Position numbers and translations under genes: made by a program. From positions 1-64,000 of IMG/VR virus record IMGVR_UViG_3300001589_000003: a DNA stretch of 64,000 bases; one strand, 5' to 3'. This document shows, in pieces, positions 30,588 through 39,076 of this stretch. The notes below the pieces were generated by a model. The model was not told the DNA's origin. It ran no database searches and saw only the letters and a program-made list of their open reading frames with translations. This DNA comes from a virus. Positions within the stretch are counted from its first letter, which is position 1; each line of letters starts with the position of its first letter.

Positions 30588-30901
30588 TGGTAGAATTTAA
30601 GAACGGTACTAGAATAGAATCACCCAACCTAAGTGGACAAATAGCCATAACCGAAGAGATGGTAAAATATAATGCTATGGGTTGGAAGGCTGAAGACTTG
30701 TTTAAAGCTGACCTTATCGAGAACACCAATATCGACCGTGACAATCCGCAAGGTTGGTATGGTTGGAAAGTGAGCTTGGGAGTATACTACTTCATCTGGA
30801 ACTCACAGCCTGCAAATCCCACTAAAAAAGAAATTGCCATGATCCGAACTATGCTTCAAAGAGATGGCTATGAAGTTGAACCTTTATCACTTTTATTTTA
30901 A
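30584..30901 (+). CDS. Hypothetical protein
   Basis: ORF track. Confidence 0.6.
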   Translation: MMVEFKNGTRIESPNLSGQIAITEEMVKYNAMGWKAEDLFKADLIENTNIDRDNPQGWYGWKVSLGVYYFIWNSQPANPTKKEIAMIRTMLQRDGYEVEPLSLLF

Positions 30902-30960
30902 AAACCATAAGAACACTTAAATCATTTAACACAGACACAATAGATAAGTTAGTCAATGCG

Positions 30961-31278
30961 ATGAACACTATATTAAGTCAACCAGGTAAATTTAATATTC
31001 ACTTACTAATGAAGGGCTTAGAAGCACATGTATACCTATCCACCTCTTTACAGAGTATGGGTCTAGTGATACAAGTGAGACCAACTAGGTATGAAGTCAA
31101 TAGGGATGCTATAAAATACTACACCCCCAACCCAAGTACCCTTCGGATGACCAAGGGACATCCCTTAGCTATCTTAATACTTAAGCAGTATAACCTTCAC
31201 AAGGATAGGTCTAATCTTAACTTTGCCTTAACTAAACTCAAAAAGAAATATGGACGATTTAACGAAAAAAGTACATAA
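30961..31278 (+). CDS. Hypothetical protein
   Basis: ORF track. Confidence 0.55.
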   Translation: MNTILSQPGKFNIHLLMKGLEAHVYLSTSLQSMGLVIQVRPTRYEVNRDAIKYYTPNPSTLRMTKGHPLAILILKQYNLHKDRSNLNFALTKLKKKYGRFNEKST

Positions 31279-31477
31279 GATTCTTGTGAAAAAATACGGT
31301 CAAGAATTTGATAAAGGGTGGTTTGAAAACGGAACTTTATTTAAAAACATAATTAAAGCAACCGAAGAAGCATTAACTATACCCGATGTTAACAAATCTG
31401 TTTGTGTACAGACTGGATTAGAATGTGGTTTTCCTTGCCATAGTGAATGCCCTTTATATGATAAGCTGAAACCTTAA
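31250..31477 (+). CDS. Hypothetical protein with Cys-rich C-terminus
   Basis: CVQTGLECGFPCHSECP. Confidence 0.55.
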   Translation: MDDLTKKVHKILVKKYGQEFDKGWFENGTLFKNIIKATEEALTIPDVNKSVCVQTGLECGFPCHSECPLYDKLKP

Positions 31478-31644
31478 TGAATATGAAAAATACATTTGAT
31501 TACACAGCCAAGAGCAAAGAAGGAAATGACATCAATGGACAAGTGTTAGCTGAATCACACGCTGATGCTTATGACTACTTATGTGAACAAGAGTACACAG
31601 AAATTAATGTTAAACGACATTTTGAAGTGGACGAGCTTCGTTAG
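31477..31644 (+). CDS. Hypothetical protein (55 aa)
   Basis: Manual translation MNMKNTFDYTAKSKEGNDINGQVLAES...; TAATG coupling. Confidence 0.55.
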   Translation: MNMKNTFDYTAKSKEGNDINGQVLAESHADAYDYLCEQEYTEINVKRHFEVDELR

Positions 31645-31656
31645 TAGGCTTATTAC

Positions 31657-31728
31657 CTACAACGCTCATGAATATAAGGCGTGTGGGCTGGTTTTGCGTT
31701 GTAAATGCCTTTATATTTAATGTTATCA
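31657..31728 (+). other. attC-like imperfect palindrome
   Basis: CTACAAC...AATATAAGGC...GCCTTTATATT...GTTATCA, with one extra unpaired base in the inner stem. Confidence 0.4.
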
Positions 31729-31765
31729 CACGTTTATTATGGTAGGAAACTTTTAAGAAATAAAT

Positions 31766-32161
31766 ATGAATAAAGTAGAGAAAGCCCTAAAGGTTGTAGA
31801 TTACTCATCTTACAACCTAATTGCCCATTACCATGATAAGGAGTTTAGTCATACTATACACATCATGTTTAAGAATGGTTCAGGCTATTGTAGAGTTTAT
31901 TGGTTCGATGATGACCCAGTCAATATCTACCTAGAATACCTAACCGTTAGTAAGGCTTTTCAGAAGCAGGGTAAGGGAGCACATCTCCAGGTTTTAAGGG
32001 AATCCATAGGTAGAGCAATTGGAGCAACCAAATCTAATCTGTGGGTAATGGAAGGTACGTGGATGCAAGAATGGTACAGAAGGAGAGGCTACGTTGATAC
32101 TGTACCACATGAGAAAGAGCCTGGTAGTATTTGGATGGAAAAGAACATTAGAACTAGATAG
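31766..32161 (+). CDS. GNAT-family acetyltransferase
   Basis: LTVSKAFQKQGKGAHL (motif A), WYRRRGY. Confidence 0.8.
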   Translation: MNKVEKALKVVDYSSYNLIAHYHDKEFSHTIHIMFKNGSGYCRVYWFDDDPVNIYLEYLTVSKAFQKQGKGAHLQVLRESIGRAIGATKSNLWVMEGTWMQEWYRRRGYVDTVPHEKEPGSIWMEKNIRTR

Positions 32162-32166
32162 AGTTA

Positions 32167-32609
32167 TGAGAAACTATATGAAGCCCCAGAAGAAGAGAAA
32201 CCGGTGGGACCCTTATAACCCCAAAGTATCACTTAGAGTCAAGAACGCTTATAGGAAGGTAGGGTTCACTATGACGAGGCTGGAAGATACATGCCCTACT
32301 TGCATGGGTGATAGGGAACTATGTAGAGCCAAGAAAGTCAAGGTTGAGGTTAATAACTTTATGGTTATATATTGTTCTAAAAGCTACTACATACTAGTAT
32401 ACAAAAAGATGTCAACCCTTGGCAAGTACCTAGAACGAATTGTTCTGGATTATCCGAAACCCTTAGGAGTTTGCCTGAAAATTCCCGTACTAAAAAAGGC
32501 ACACGGTGTGAATAGAGGATATAAAAATGAGGAAAGGAATAGGGGATCAATCCCTATCCAATCCCTCATGCATCAATCAATAATCTATCCTATAATTGAT
32601 TTAAGATAA
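32167..32609 (+). CDS. Hypothetical protein (CxxC)
   Basis: ORF track 32094..32609; ATG start at 32167 more plausible; 3' end overlaps convergent gene so extent is uncertain. Confidence 0.4.
32538..32559 (-). terminator. Terminator hairpin at convergence point
   Basis: ATAGGG(G)A-TCAA-TCCCTAT with pyrimidine tail on minus strand. Confidence 0.5.
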
Positions 32610-32995
32610 TCCAAAAGATTCTTGCAATCTTTGAGATCAATCTCATTCCTTGAAGATGAGAAATTCTCTATCTTAAAATCTTGGATTTTCCAATTCTCTT
32701 TATAGAATTCCATAAATGATTCAATTGAGATCAATCTCTCTTCATCTGATCTATCTTTTCCAAGGATATCATTGATATATCCTCTTAATCCTCTTCTGAT
32801 CTTCGATCTCTTTTTCTTCTTATCCTCTGATCCTAATGCATCTAATCCCTTATATATGGATTTAGATGATCCCTTGGCATCTTCCTTATCCAATAGAGAT
32901 TTCTTTCCTTTGGATAGATCAATCTTGATATTAGATGCATTCAATGCATCATTAGATTGAGATTCTTTCTTTGCATCCTTTAATTGATTTTTCAT
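32585..32995 (-). CDS. Early hypothetical protein lacking Thr and Val
   Basis: 136 aa; behind duplicated promoter-like block; basic KKKKRSKIRR helix. Confidence 0.8.
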   Translation of the reverse strand: MKNQLKDAKKESQSNDALNASNIKIDLSKGKKSLLDKEDAKGSSKSIYKGLDALGSEDKKKKRSKIRRGLRGYINDILGKDRSDEERLISIESFMEFYKENWKIQDFKIENFSSSRNEIDLKDCKNLLDYLKSIIG

Positions 32996-33273
32996 GATAT
33001 TAGATTTAATTGATTAATAAATTATTGATTTTCAAATATTATAAATGATTTTGGATTATCCTATATAAATGATTAAAAAGATTAATCCCTCTATAAAGAT
33101 AGATATTCCCATGATGAATTTAAATTTCATGATCTTAATTTCTTTTCTTGATAATCCGATAGATTCCTGAATGATGATTTGATTTTTCATGATCTTGATT
33201 TATTTAATTGATTATTGATTTTCAAATATCTAAATAAATTCTGGATTATCCTATATAAATGATTAAAAAGATT
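32985..33273. repeat. Tandem duplicated promoter/leader block (period about 190 nt)
   Basis: TGGATTATCCTATATAAATGATTAAAAAGATT at 33052-33083 and 33242-33273; ATTATTGATTTTCAAATAT at 33021 and 33211; TGATTTTTCATGAT at 32985 and 33180. Confidence 0.9.
33056..33190 (-). CDS. 44-aa membrane peptide (unlisted)
   Basis: Manual translation MKNQIIIQESIGLSRKEIKIMKFKFIMGISIFIEGLIFLIIYIG; same upstream block and MKNQ start as 32585..32995. Confidence 0.55.
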   Translation of the reverse strand: MKNQIIIQESIGLSRKEIKIMKFKFIMGISIFIEGLIFLIIYIG

Positions 33274-33472
33274 CTCGGTAATTTCTCTCCTAACTCATGG
33301 ACAATTCCGGTCGGCTGGTCTCATACACAAAGAAGGCCTGTAGCGCAGTACTTGGCCTCAGACCCTTTTATTCTTTGTAGTATTGGAATTATATGGAAGT
33401 GAATAAGATATTCGTATTTCGTGATCTAATCCACTAGAGATATGAGTGGGTATGCCTATTTCTAACCGAAGA

Positions 33473-34297
33473 TTAATCTATAATCTCTCCGTCATCCTCT
33501 CTTCTACCTTCATGGGTACCAGGCCCCTTACCCTTCTTTCTTTTCTTGGGTTCAAGGCTTATGGCCTCAGACTTAAGGTTCCAGCCCCTTTGCTTAGTTG
33601 CCACAATCTCCGGTACATCACCCTCTAGGTATTGAGCCCCCAGAGCCTCCTGTTGGGTACCGCTCTCTAGTAATGGTTGCTCTCTCTGGGCATCTATCAT
33701 TTTCACAGCCTCATTGGTACCTATGTAGTTCTGGTTGTTGGCCTGTTGGTTATTATTGTTAATAACAGTAGTAGGGTCTGATGGTGTAAGAGTCTTGACT
33801 AAGTCCGCAATTGGCTTAAGACTATCCATTTGGTTCTTGATGGCTCCATTCAACGCTGATGTAAGGAATGGTACGTAGCGATCTCCTTGCTCACGCTTGA
33901 GCACCTGAACTTGGTTCAAAGCCGTGCCCCGGTCAGCCAGAGCCCCTTGAACTGTCATAGCCAACAAAGCCCGATATGTATCTTGTAACCCATCCTCTCC
34001 GTCACCTATTGCTGTCATACTCCTTACGACCTTGGTTGTGGCTTTTATGACTCTACCAACAGGCATATCAACGAAGTCTGCTAACTCTGTAATAGATATC
34101 ACCTTGCCATTCACTTGATATCCATCCTCTATATATCTATGCAGTATTCTCTCTTGTATTCTCTTGTAGAGTTTTTCTCTTTGTTTTTGGTCATCTTCAA
34201 CATGATAGGCTTTCATTGCCATGGTTAGTCCTGCGGTTCTTGGTACCCTAACCTTTCCGTCATCTACAGGCTTCTTTCTTTGTTTAGTCTTTTTCAT
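33473..34297 (-). CDS. Probable terminase small subunit
   Basis: HTH-like ISITELADFVDMPVGRV, helical middle, TVINNNNQQANNQNYIGTNEAVKMI resembling T4-gp16-type C-terminal strand; no TerS next to terL. Confidence 0.5.
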   Translation of the reverse strand: MKKTKQRKKPVDDGKVRVPRTAGLTMAMKAYHVEDDQKQREKLYKRIQERILHRYIEDGYQVNGKVISITELADFVDMPVGRVIKATTKVVRSMTAIGDGEDGLQDTYRALLAMTVQGALADRGTALNQVQVLKREQGDRYVPFLTSALNGAIKNQMDSLKPIADLVKTLTPSDPTTVINNNNQQANNQNYIGTNEAVKMIDAQREQPLLESGTQQEALGAQYLEGDVPEIVATKQRGWNLKSEAISLEPKKRKKGKGPGTHEGRREDDGEIID

Positions 34298-34514
34298 TGT
34301 CTTGTGGTATTATGGTCATGTTAGTAAACTCTGGTGCTTTGTTATGTAGTGCTACAATGTCCACCCTCATAATGTAGTCTTGATATAGTGTTCCATCCTC
34401 GTCTACACTCATCCCATCTGGTACTGGTGTTATAGTTATATCGATGTCCTTATCTTTCTTCATTTCTTTAGTGTTTATGGTCTGGAGCAGTCCTGGTGTC
34501 TGAATACTCCACAT
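34284..34514 (-). CDS. Hypothetical protein
   Basis: ORF track; start probably MKKDKD. Confidence 0.5.
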   Translation of the reverse strand: MWSIQTPGLLQTINTKEMKKDKDIDITITPVPDGMSVDEDGTLYQDYIMRVDIVALHNKAPEFTNMTIIPQDNEKD

Positions 34515-34812
34515 TTGCTAGGTAATCATAGTACCAGGCCTTCCAATATTCTTCCTCTGATGCATCGAATGACCAAGCTTCCCAACCTTTACCTTGTATG
34601 ATTGCCTCCTTGATCTCTTCATCATGACTACCTCTCATATCTACATGATCACCATTGAAGGTAACTTGGTGCTCATTCATTTCTTTGAACCAATTTTCTT
34701 CATCCAAATAATTATCTATAAATGAATAATCTTTGATCTGCAACCCTTCTTCAATTAATGCATCCTCTCTTAAATTTTCCATGATCTTATATATTTGATT
34801 TTCAATAATCAA
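34468..34812 (-). CDS. Acidic hypothetical protein
   Basis: ORF track; start probably MENLRED at 34782. Confidence 0.65.
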   Translation of the reverse strand: MIIENQIYKIMENLREDALIEEGLQIKDYSFIDNYLDEENWFKEMNEHQVTFNGDHVDMRGSHDEEIKEAIIQGKGWEAWSFDASEEEYWKAWYYDYLANVEYSDTRTAPDHKH

Positions 34813-34841
34813 TATAGAGATAATAAATGATTGATCCTATT

Positions 34842-35234
34842 TTAATTGATCCCACCTTGTCTAGGTTCGGGTCTATTTGGTGTATCTGGCATTTTATCAG
34901 TGTACCATATATGTTTGTCAGCCCAATCTATTTCTAGGCCTTCTTCAAGAAATACCTCTTCGTGTACCATCACGTTGGTTATCATCTCTTTGATCTCTTC
35001 ATCAGAGGGTCTTGGGTCTACCCCTTCAAAGTCCTTGAGTGCTTTAGCAAATATAGCAGCCTCCATTACAGTTTGGTTTTCATCCTCTAAGGGTTTACCT
35101 TCCTTAAATAACTCATCTATCTCATCCAGTATGGTATTGCATTTACCTTGAATGTTATTTGCTTCTTGACGTAAAGCTTTAAGCTCATTCATTTTAGATG
35201 TTATGTTCTCGTGTATTTCTTCTAATCTGCTCAT
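34842..35234 (-). CDS. Hypothetical coiled-coil protein
   Basis: ORF track. Confidence 0.65.
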   Translation of the reverse strand: MSRLEEIHENITSKMNELKALRQEANNIQGKCNTILDEIDELFKEGKPLEDENQTVMEAAIFAKALKDFEGVDPRPSDEEIKEMITNVMVHEEVFLEEGLEIDWADKHIWYTDKMPDTPNRPEPRQGGIN

Positions 35235-35236
35235 GG

Positions 35237-35452
35237 TTAATATTCTTTTATTACTGGTTTATAATATCTCTCTAGTTCTTTCTGTGTAATAGTCTCCTTT
35301 TCATCAACTGGTCTATAGGTACTAGTGTATAGATTCCAGCCATTGGGTAGTTTTATATCCTTCACATCCCTCTCTACTTCTTGTATAGTTCCCTTAGCTA
35401 TGTTTAGTCTAAAGATTTGATCTTTGTTTTTGATGTGGTGGATTATAACCAT
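35237..35452 (-). CDS. Hypothetical protein
   Basis: ORF track. Confidence 0.55.
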   Translation of the reverse strand: MVIIHHIKNKDQIFRLNIAKGTIQEVERDVKDIKLPNGWNLYTSTYRPVDEKETITQKELERYYKPVIKEY

Positions 35453-35641
35453 CTAGGGTTTTCTTAGATTAAGTAAGCTTGGTTTCCTCTTCAACCAATC
35501 AGCCTTTGATTGCTGGTGATCATGGGTCTCCTTCTGCTCATCATCACAAGGTATTCTATCGCCTTTGGTTTTAGCTTGTTTTCTTGGATTAGTTAAGTCC
35601 ATAAGAAACTTGTCTTGTTTTTGTTGCTTAGTCTTTTTCAT
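35453..35641 (-). CDS. Hypothetical basic protein
   Basis: ORF track. Confidence 0.5.
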   Translation of the reverse strand: MKKTKQQKQDKFLMDLTNPRKQAKTKGDRIPCDDEQKETHDHQQSKADWLKRKPSLLNLRKP

Positions 35642-35975
35642 AATGTCTTCTTTAATTCTTTAATAAGAGTAGTTTTCATGATGTTATCTTCTATGTAGTG
35701 TAGATTGGCCCTATGTTGCAGATGGGCTATCCCACTAGGGGCATGGTTGTTTCCTATAAACTTAATTATAGTCTTTTTTAGCTTTAGTAAGCAAATGATC
35801 TTTTTCAATCTCTTTTCTAATTCCCATAATTTTTCTATTCTTGGTTATCCAGCATCATATCATAGTTCTCAATATCATCATGATAAAATTTGGCTTCCTC
35901 CAATTCCTTAATAGATTTATATATAATTTTTTTCATAATTAAAGATATGCATAAATATTGGATAATCAAAATTAT

Positions 35976-36185
35976 TTAATCGGGGTTCTCAGAGTTTAAG
36001 TCTACGGCCTCCAATATTAGAGCACCTAATGTTGCAATTGATTCCGGTGACAGTTGATTTGCAGGATTAAGTAATATTAATCTAAGTCTTAATGGTAATG
36101 ATCTCACTAGACTTCTATTAGTGTCATGGGAATTACGCCTTTGTTTCACTTTTCCCATACTGAAGTGGTATTTTGTTTTAGGCAT
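35976..36185 (-). CDS. Hypothetical protein
   Basis: ORF track. Confidence 0.5.
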   Translation of the reverse strand: MPKTKYHFSMGKVKQRRNSHDTNRSLVRSLPLRLRLILLNPANQLSPESIATLGALILEAVDLNSENPD

Positions 36186-36469
36186 ATTAATATATAGTTT
36201 TTCTGATTTTGTTCCTTTCTTTAGCCAAGAGAGTTTGCTCTCTTCTTACTTCTTCGGTTTCTTCTTCCTGTTTCTTGGGTCTTTGTCTCTTCAAGAATGC
36301 GGGTAGTTGGGTAAAGTTCTTCTTCAACCTAACTATCATCTGTCTTCGGGTTCTATTTTGTTTCATGGTTTTTTAATTTAAAGTAGATAAGCCCGAAAGC
36401 TAATCAATCCACCGGTGGAGTTTTATTTTCAGATTAAAGCACATTCTCAAAAGAAACTAAGCTCTTTTT

Positions 36470-36949
36470 TTATTCAAATTGTTTGTTATAATTTTCTATA
36501 TGAGCAGTAGCGTTGAAGTCCTTGACTAACCAATCAATATTTCTTGGTACTGCCTTATTATCGTAAAGTACGTCTTTTGGTGATTTATAACCCATCAATT
36601 GTAGAGTTACCTTAATGTCCTTATGGGTTCTAAATGATATAGGGTGTATAGGTTCTTTTTCTAATCTAGGGTCTTTACTACCATCTTGTCTTTTTTTGTG
36701 CCAGACTCTTTCTCTACCTGCTAATTGCCAATGCTCTAAGTATAATATGCAAGCAAATTCATCTAGTCTTAGTAGTCTGGCTATAGGTGGGCATTTATCT
36801 GCTTGCAGCGCCATTCTCCGTATCTCCTTTTCAGCACTGGTTGCGGCTGGAGTGTTAGCTCTTATAGAGTTTAAATAAGTGGGTGTAGCTGATACCCAAG
36901 TAGGGGTAAATGTTTCAGCATGACAGTTTTCGTTGATTTCTTTTTTCAT
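36470..36949 (-). CDS. Hypothetical protein
   Basis: ORF track. Confidence 0.65.
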   Translation of the reverse strand: MKKEINENCHAETFTPTWVSATPTYLNSIRANTPAATSAEKEIRRMALQADKCPPIARLLRLDEFACILYLEHWQLAGRERVWHKKRQDGSKDPRLEKEPIHPISFRTHKDIKVTLQLMGYKSPKDVLYDNKAVPRNIDWLVKDFNATAHIENYNKQFE

Positions 36950-36954
36950 GGTTA

Positions 36955-37467
36955 TTAAGTTGGTGTCTCTAAGTATTCTTCGCTTATTGGCTTACCCAGT
37001 ATAGTTTTTAGAAATGGTAGCCATATATCTGGGTTATTCCTTGGGTACATATCATCTATATCGTTATCATTCATAATGTTTAATATAGAGGGAAAGTCCC
37101 AGGCTTCATTAAATAGCATAATGTAGAAGTCTTTCTTGGTCTTTATTGCTTTTACTTCTTTGAGCGTGACACTATCCTCAAATATTTCATCAAGGTCTTC
37201 CATAGTAGCGATGAAGTCTTTCTTCATTTGGTCGAGTGATTTCATGTTTTCTTTCTTCGATTCTCTAGCCTCTTGTCTTTCCCGTCTACCCTCACAAATG
37301 TGGAACCAATCTATAGCTGTAGGTAAATTCTCATCTGGTATCTTACCTTGTATAGCTTTGGTGAAATCTTTAATCTCCATATCTTTATTGTAATATGGTT
37401 TAATTGCATTAACAATTTGGTTGTAGGTTTTAAAGCTTTTCATAATATTATTATTTAGATTTTCCAT
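36955..37467 (-). CDS. Hypothetical protein
   Basis: ORF track (to 37500); start likely 37467 or 37443, downstream of promoter at 37471-37478. Confidence 0.65.
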   Translation of the reverse strand: MENLNNNIMKSFKTYNQIVNAIKPYYNKDMEIKDFTKAIQGKIPDENLPTAIDWFHICEGRRERQEARESKKENMKSLDQMKKDFIATMEDLDEIFEDSVTLKEVKAIKTKKDFYIMLFNEAWDFPSILNIMNDNDIDDMYPRNNPDIWLPFLKTILGKPISEEYLETPT

Positions 37468-37506
37468 AATTAAATATAAGAATATATTATCTAATATCAA
37501 TAGACC

Positions 37507-37665
37507 TTATCTCTTTTTTAATTGGTCAGCTTTAAAGTCTACTCTTTGTTTCGATCTCTTTAACTTGACCATAAATGGGAACCATGCCCACCCTTTCTTT
37601 TTGATCTTAACTACAACCCCTTTACCGTTTGGAGTCTTAACCTTGTTACCCTTCTTTAGTTTCAT
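37507..37665 (-). CDS. Small basic SH3/KOW-like protein (52 aa)
   Basis: Manual translation MKLKRGNKVKTPNGKGVVVKI...; coupled to upstream stop. Confidence 0.5.
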   Translation of the reverse strand: MKLKKGNKVKTPNGKGVVVKIKKKGWAWFPFMVKLKRSKQRVDFKADQLKKR

Positions 37666-38147
37666 CATCCTATTGTTATAGTTCTACCAAATAGTTTGTT
37701 TAGCATCTCAGTTCTTAAGGTTTTATAGTTTACAATTACGCATCCTAGGTCTGACCTCATAATACTTTCACAATCTTCATCTGGGCTGTGGTGTAATCCA
37801 AGTGCTGCATGTCCTAACTCGTGCATCATTATTACCTCTCTACTTATTAGATCTTTCTTGGCCCATCTCTTCTCATCAATTACTATGTTCACCTCCAGCC
37901 TACTCCAAGAGCAATCAAAGGCTATACCTTGTATACCCGGATAAATTTTATAGTATGAACTTAAGTCCCCAAATAATATGCTTACATCACGATGTGAGTT
38001 GTTCTGTCCTCTGATCATACCTTCACTTAGGAATAGCATGTAGTATTGATCTAGCTCAGGGTCTACAGCATAGATGGGCTCTTTTCTGAATAGGTAGCAG
38101 CTATTCATCATCATTAATACTAGGATTGATATTAGTGTTCTTTTCAT
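37665..38147 (-). CDS. Lipoprotein zinc metallopeptidase (metzincin-like)
   Basis: Signal peptide with lipobox MNSC; HELGHAALGLHH and SIM Met-turn. Confidence 0.8.
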   Translation of the reverse strand: MKRTLISILVLMMMNSCYLFRKEPIYAVDPELDQYYMLFLSEGMIRGQNNSHRDVSILFGDLSSYYKIYPGIQGIAFDCSWSRLEVNIVIDEKRWAKKDLISREVIMMHELGHAALGLHHSPDEDCESIMRSDLGCVIVNYKTLRTEMLNKLFGRTITIG

Positions 38148-38231
38148 GATTTCTAGTGATTTAATTTATATATTTTAATATGATTCATCTAATATATGGA
38201 AGATTAAACTAGATTCAAAATCTTTATAACC

Positions 38232-38258
38232 AAAAAGCCCAGAGTATTAGTCTGGGCT
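38232..38258 (-). terminator. Terminator
   Basis: AGCCCAGA/TCTGGGCT with T-run on minus. Confidence 0.7.
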
Positions 38259-38263
38259 ATTGT

Positions 38264-38533
38264 TCAATCTCTGAAAATCTCATTATGTAATATTCTCTCA
38301 TTTATCTCCATTGACCCAGAGTATACTAGTACCCAGATGATAATTCCTAAGGCTATCATAACTGGTGATGATAAATCAAGTACCCTTATACTATAGACTG
38401 TTGGAATTATAGAGAGAGTTGTTGCAATTAACATCGCAACCTTAACGAATTGAGATACCTTCTTTTTCAAGAGGGCTCTTGCTAAACGTAAATCCATAAC
38501 CTTTTCATTTGTTTGACAATAAACAATGCCCAA
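38264..38533 (-). CDS. 2-TM membrane protein
   Basis: ORF track; start probably MDLRLA. Confidence 0.55.
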   Translation of the reverse strand: MGIVYCQTNEKVMDLRLARALLKKKVSQFVKVAMLIATTLSIIPTVYSIRVLDLSSPVMIALGIIIWVLVYSGSMEINERILHNEIFRD

Positions 38534-38557
38534 GACTTAGGATCAAGGGCATTGTTT
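38521..38557. terminator. Terminator (possibly bidirectional)
   Basis: Perfect 11-bp AAACAATGCCC/GGGCATTGTTT. Confidence 0.65.
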
Positions 38558-38598
38558 TCAGATATTAAATCTTCGTCAGATTGCCTTCAAGCGGGTTG

Positions 38599-39027
38599 CT
38601 ATACCCTAAGGTTCTCCGATCTTAAGTAACCAAAGGCTGTCTGTCGATACCTCTTGTTACTGTGCTGTGGGTTTAGTTCCCATCTGTAGCCTTTCCTCGT
38701 TAGAGCAGTTATAGTAATAGATTCGTCTTGCGGTATACTTAAATCATACCAGGCAAAATATAGGACGTCAATCTGTTTACCATAGCTTTCCTTAAAGAGT
38801 AGTCTGTTATACTTGGCTCTATGTTCAAGTTTGACCTCAAATGTAACATATCCAACCTCTACGGTATTTAGGATAGTTATTTCAAGAACTTGGGTTGGAG
38901 CTTTCATAACAACATCAAAGCTATTATCAAGTGCAACAGTGACTTCTTTTTCGATAGAGGTCAGACCGTTTGCCAATACACTTCCTAGAAGGGTAAAGCA
39001 AAATACTAGGCTCAGTAACCTTTTCAT
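38599..39027 (-). CDS. Secreted hypothetical protein
   Basis: Sec signal MKRLLSLVFCFTLLGSVLA. Confidence 0.65.
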   Translation of the reverse strand: MKRLLSLVFCFTLLGSVLANGLTSIEKEVTVALDNSFDVVMKAPTQVLEITILNTVEVGYVTFEVKLEHRAKYNRLLFKESYGKQIDVLYFAWYDLSIPQDESITITALTRKGYRWELNPQHSNKRYRQTAFGYLRSENLRV

Positions 39028-39076
39028 CTCATCTGTTTTAGTTTAACATTCATTTAATAAAGTCTTTAATAGTCTT

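Larger units (their letters stand above)
32509..33278. other. RC/GY-purged compositional island
   Basis: No AC and no GT dinucleotide in 770 nt; only 7 GC. Confidence 0.95.

Noticed and set aside
32985-33273. Repeats as a mini CRISPR array
   Set aside because: Only two copies, 190-nt period, not palindromic, no cas genes; explained as duplicated promoter blocks
32509-33278. Island as simple low complexity or sequencing artefact
   Set aside because: All four bases and other dinucleotides are well represented and it contains an intact 136-codon ORF; only RC/GY is missing
36370-36470. Intergenic stretch as possible ncRNA
   Set aside because: No convincing stem or recognisable motif by eye
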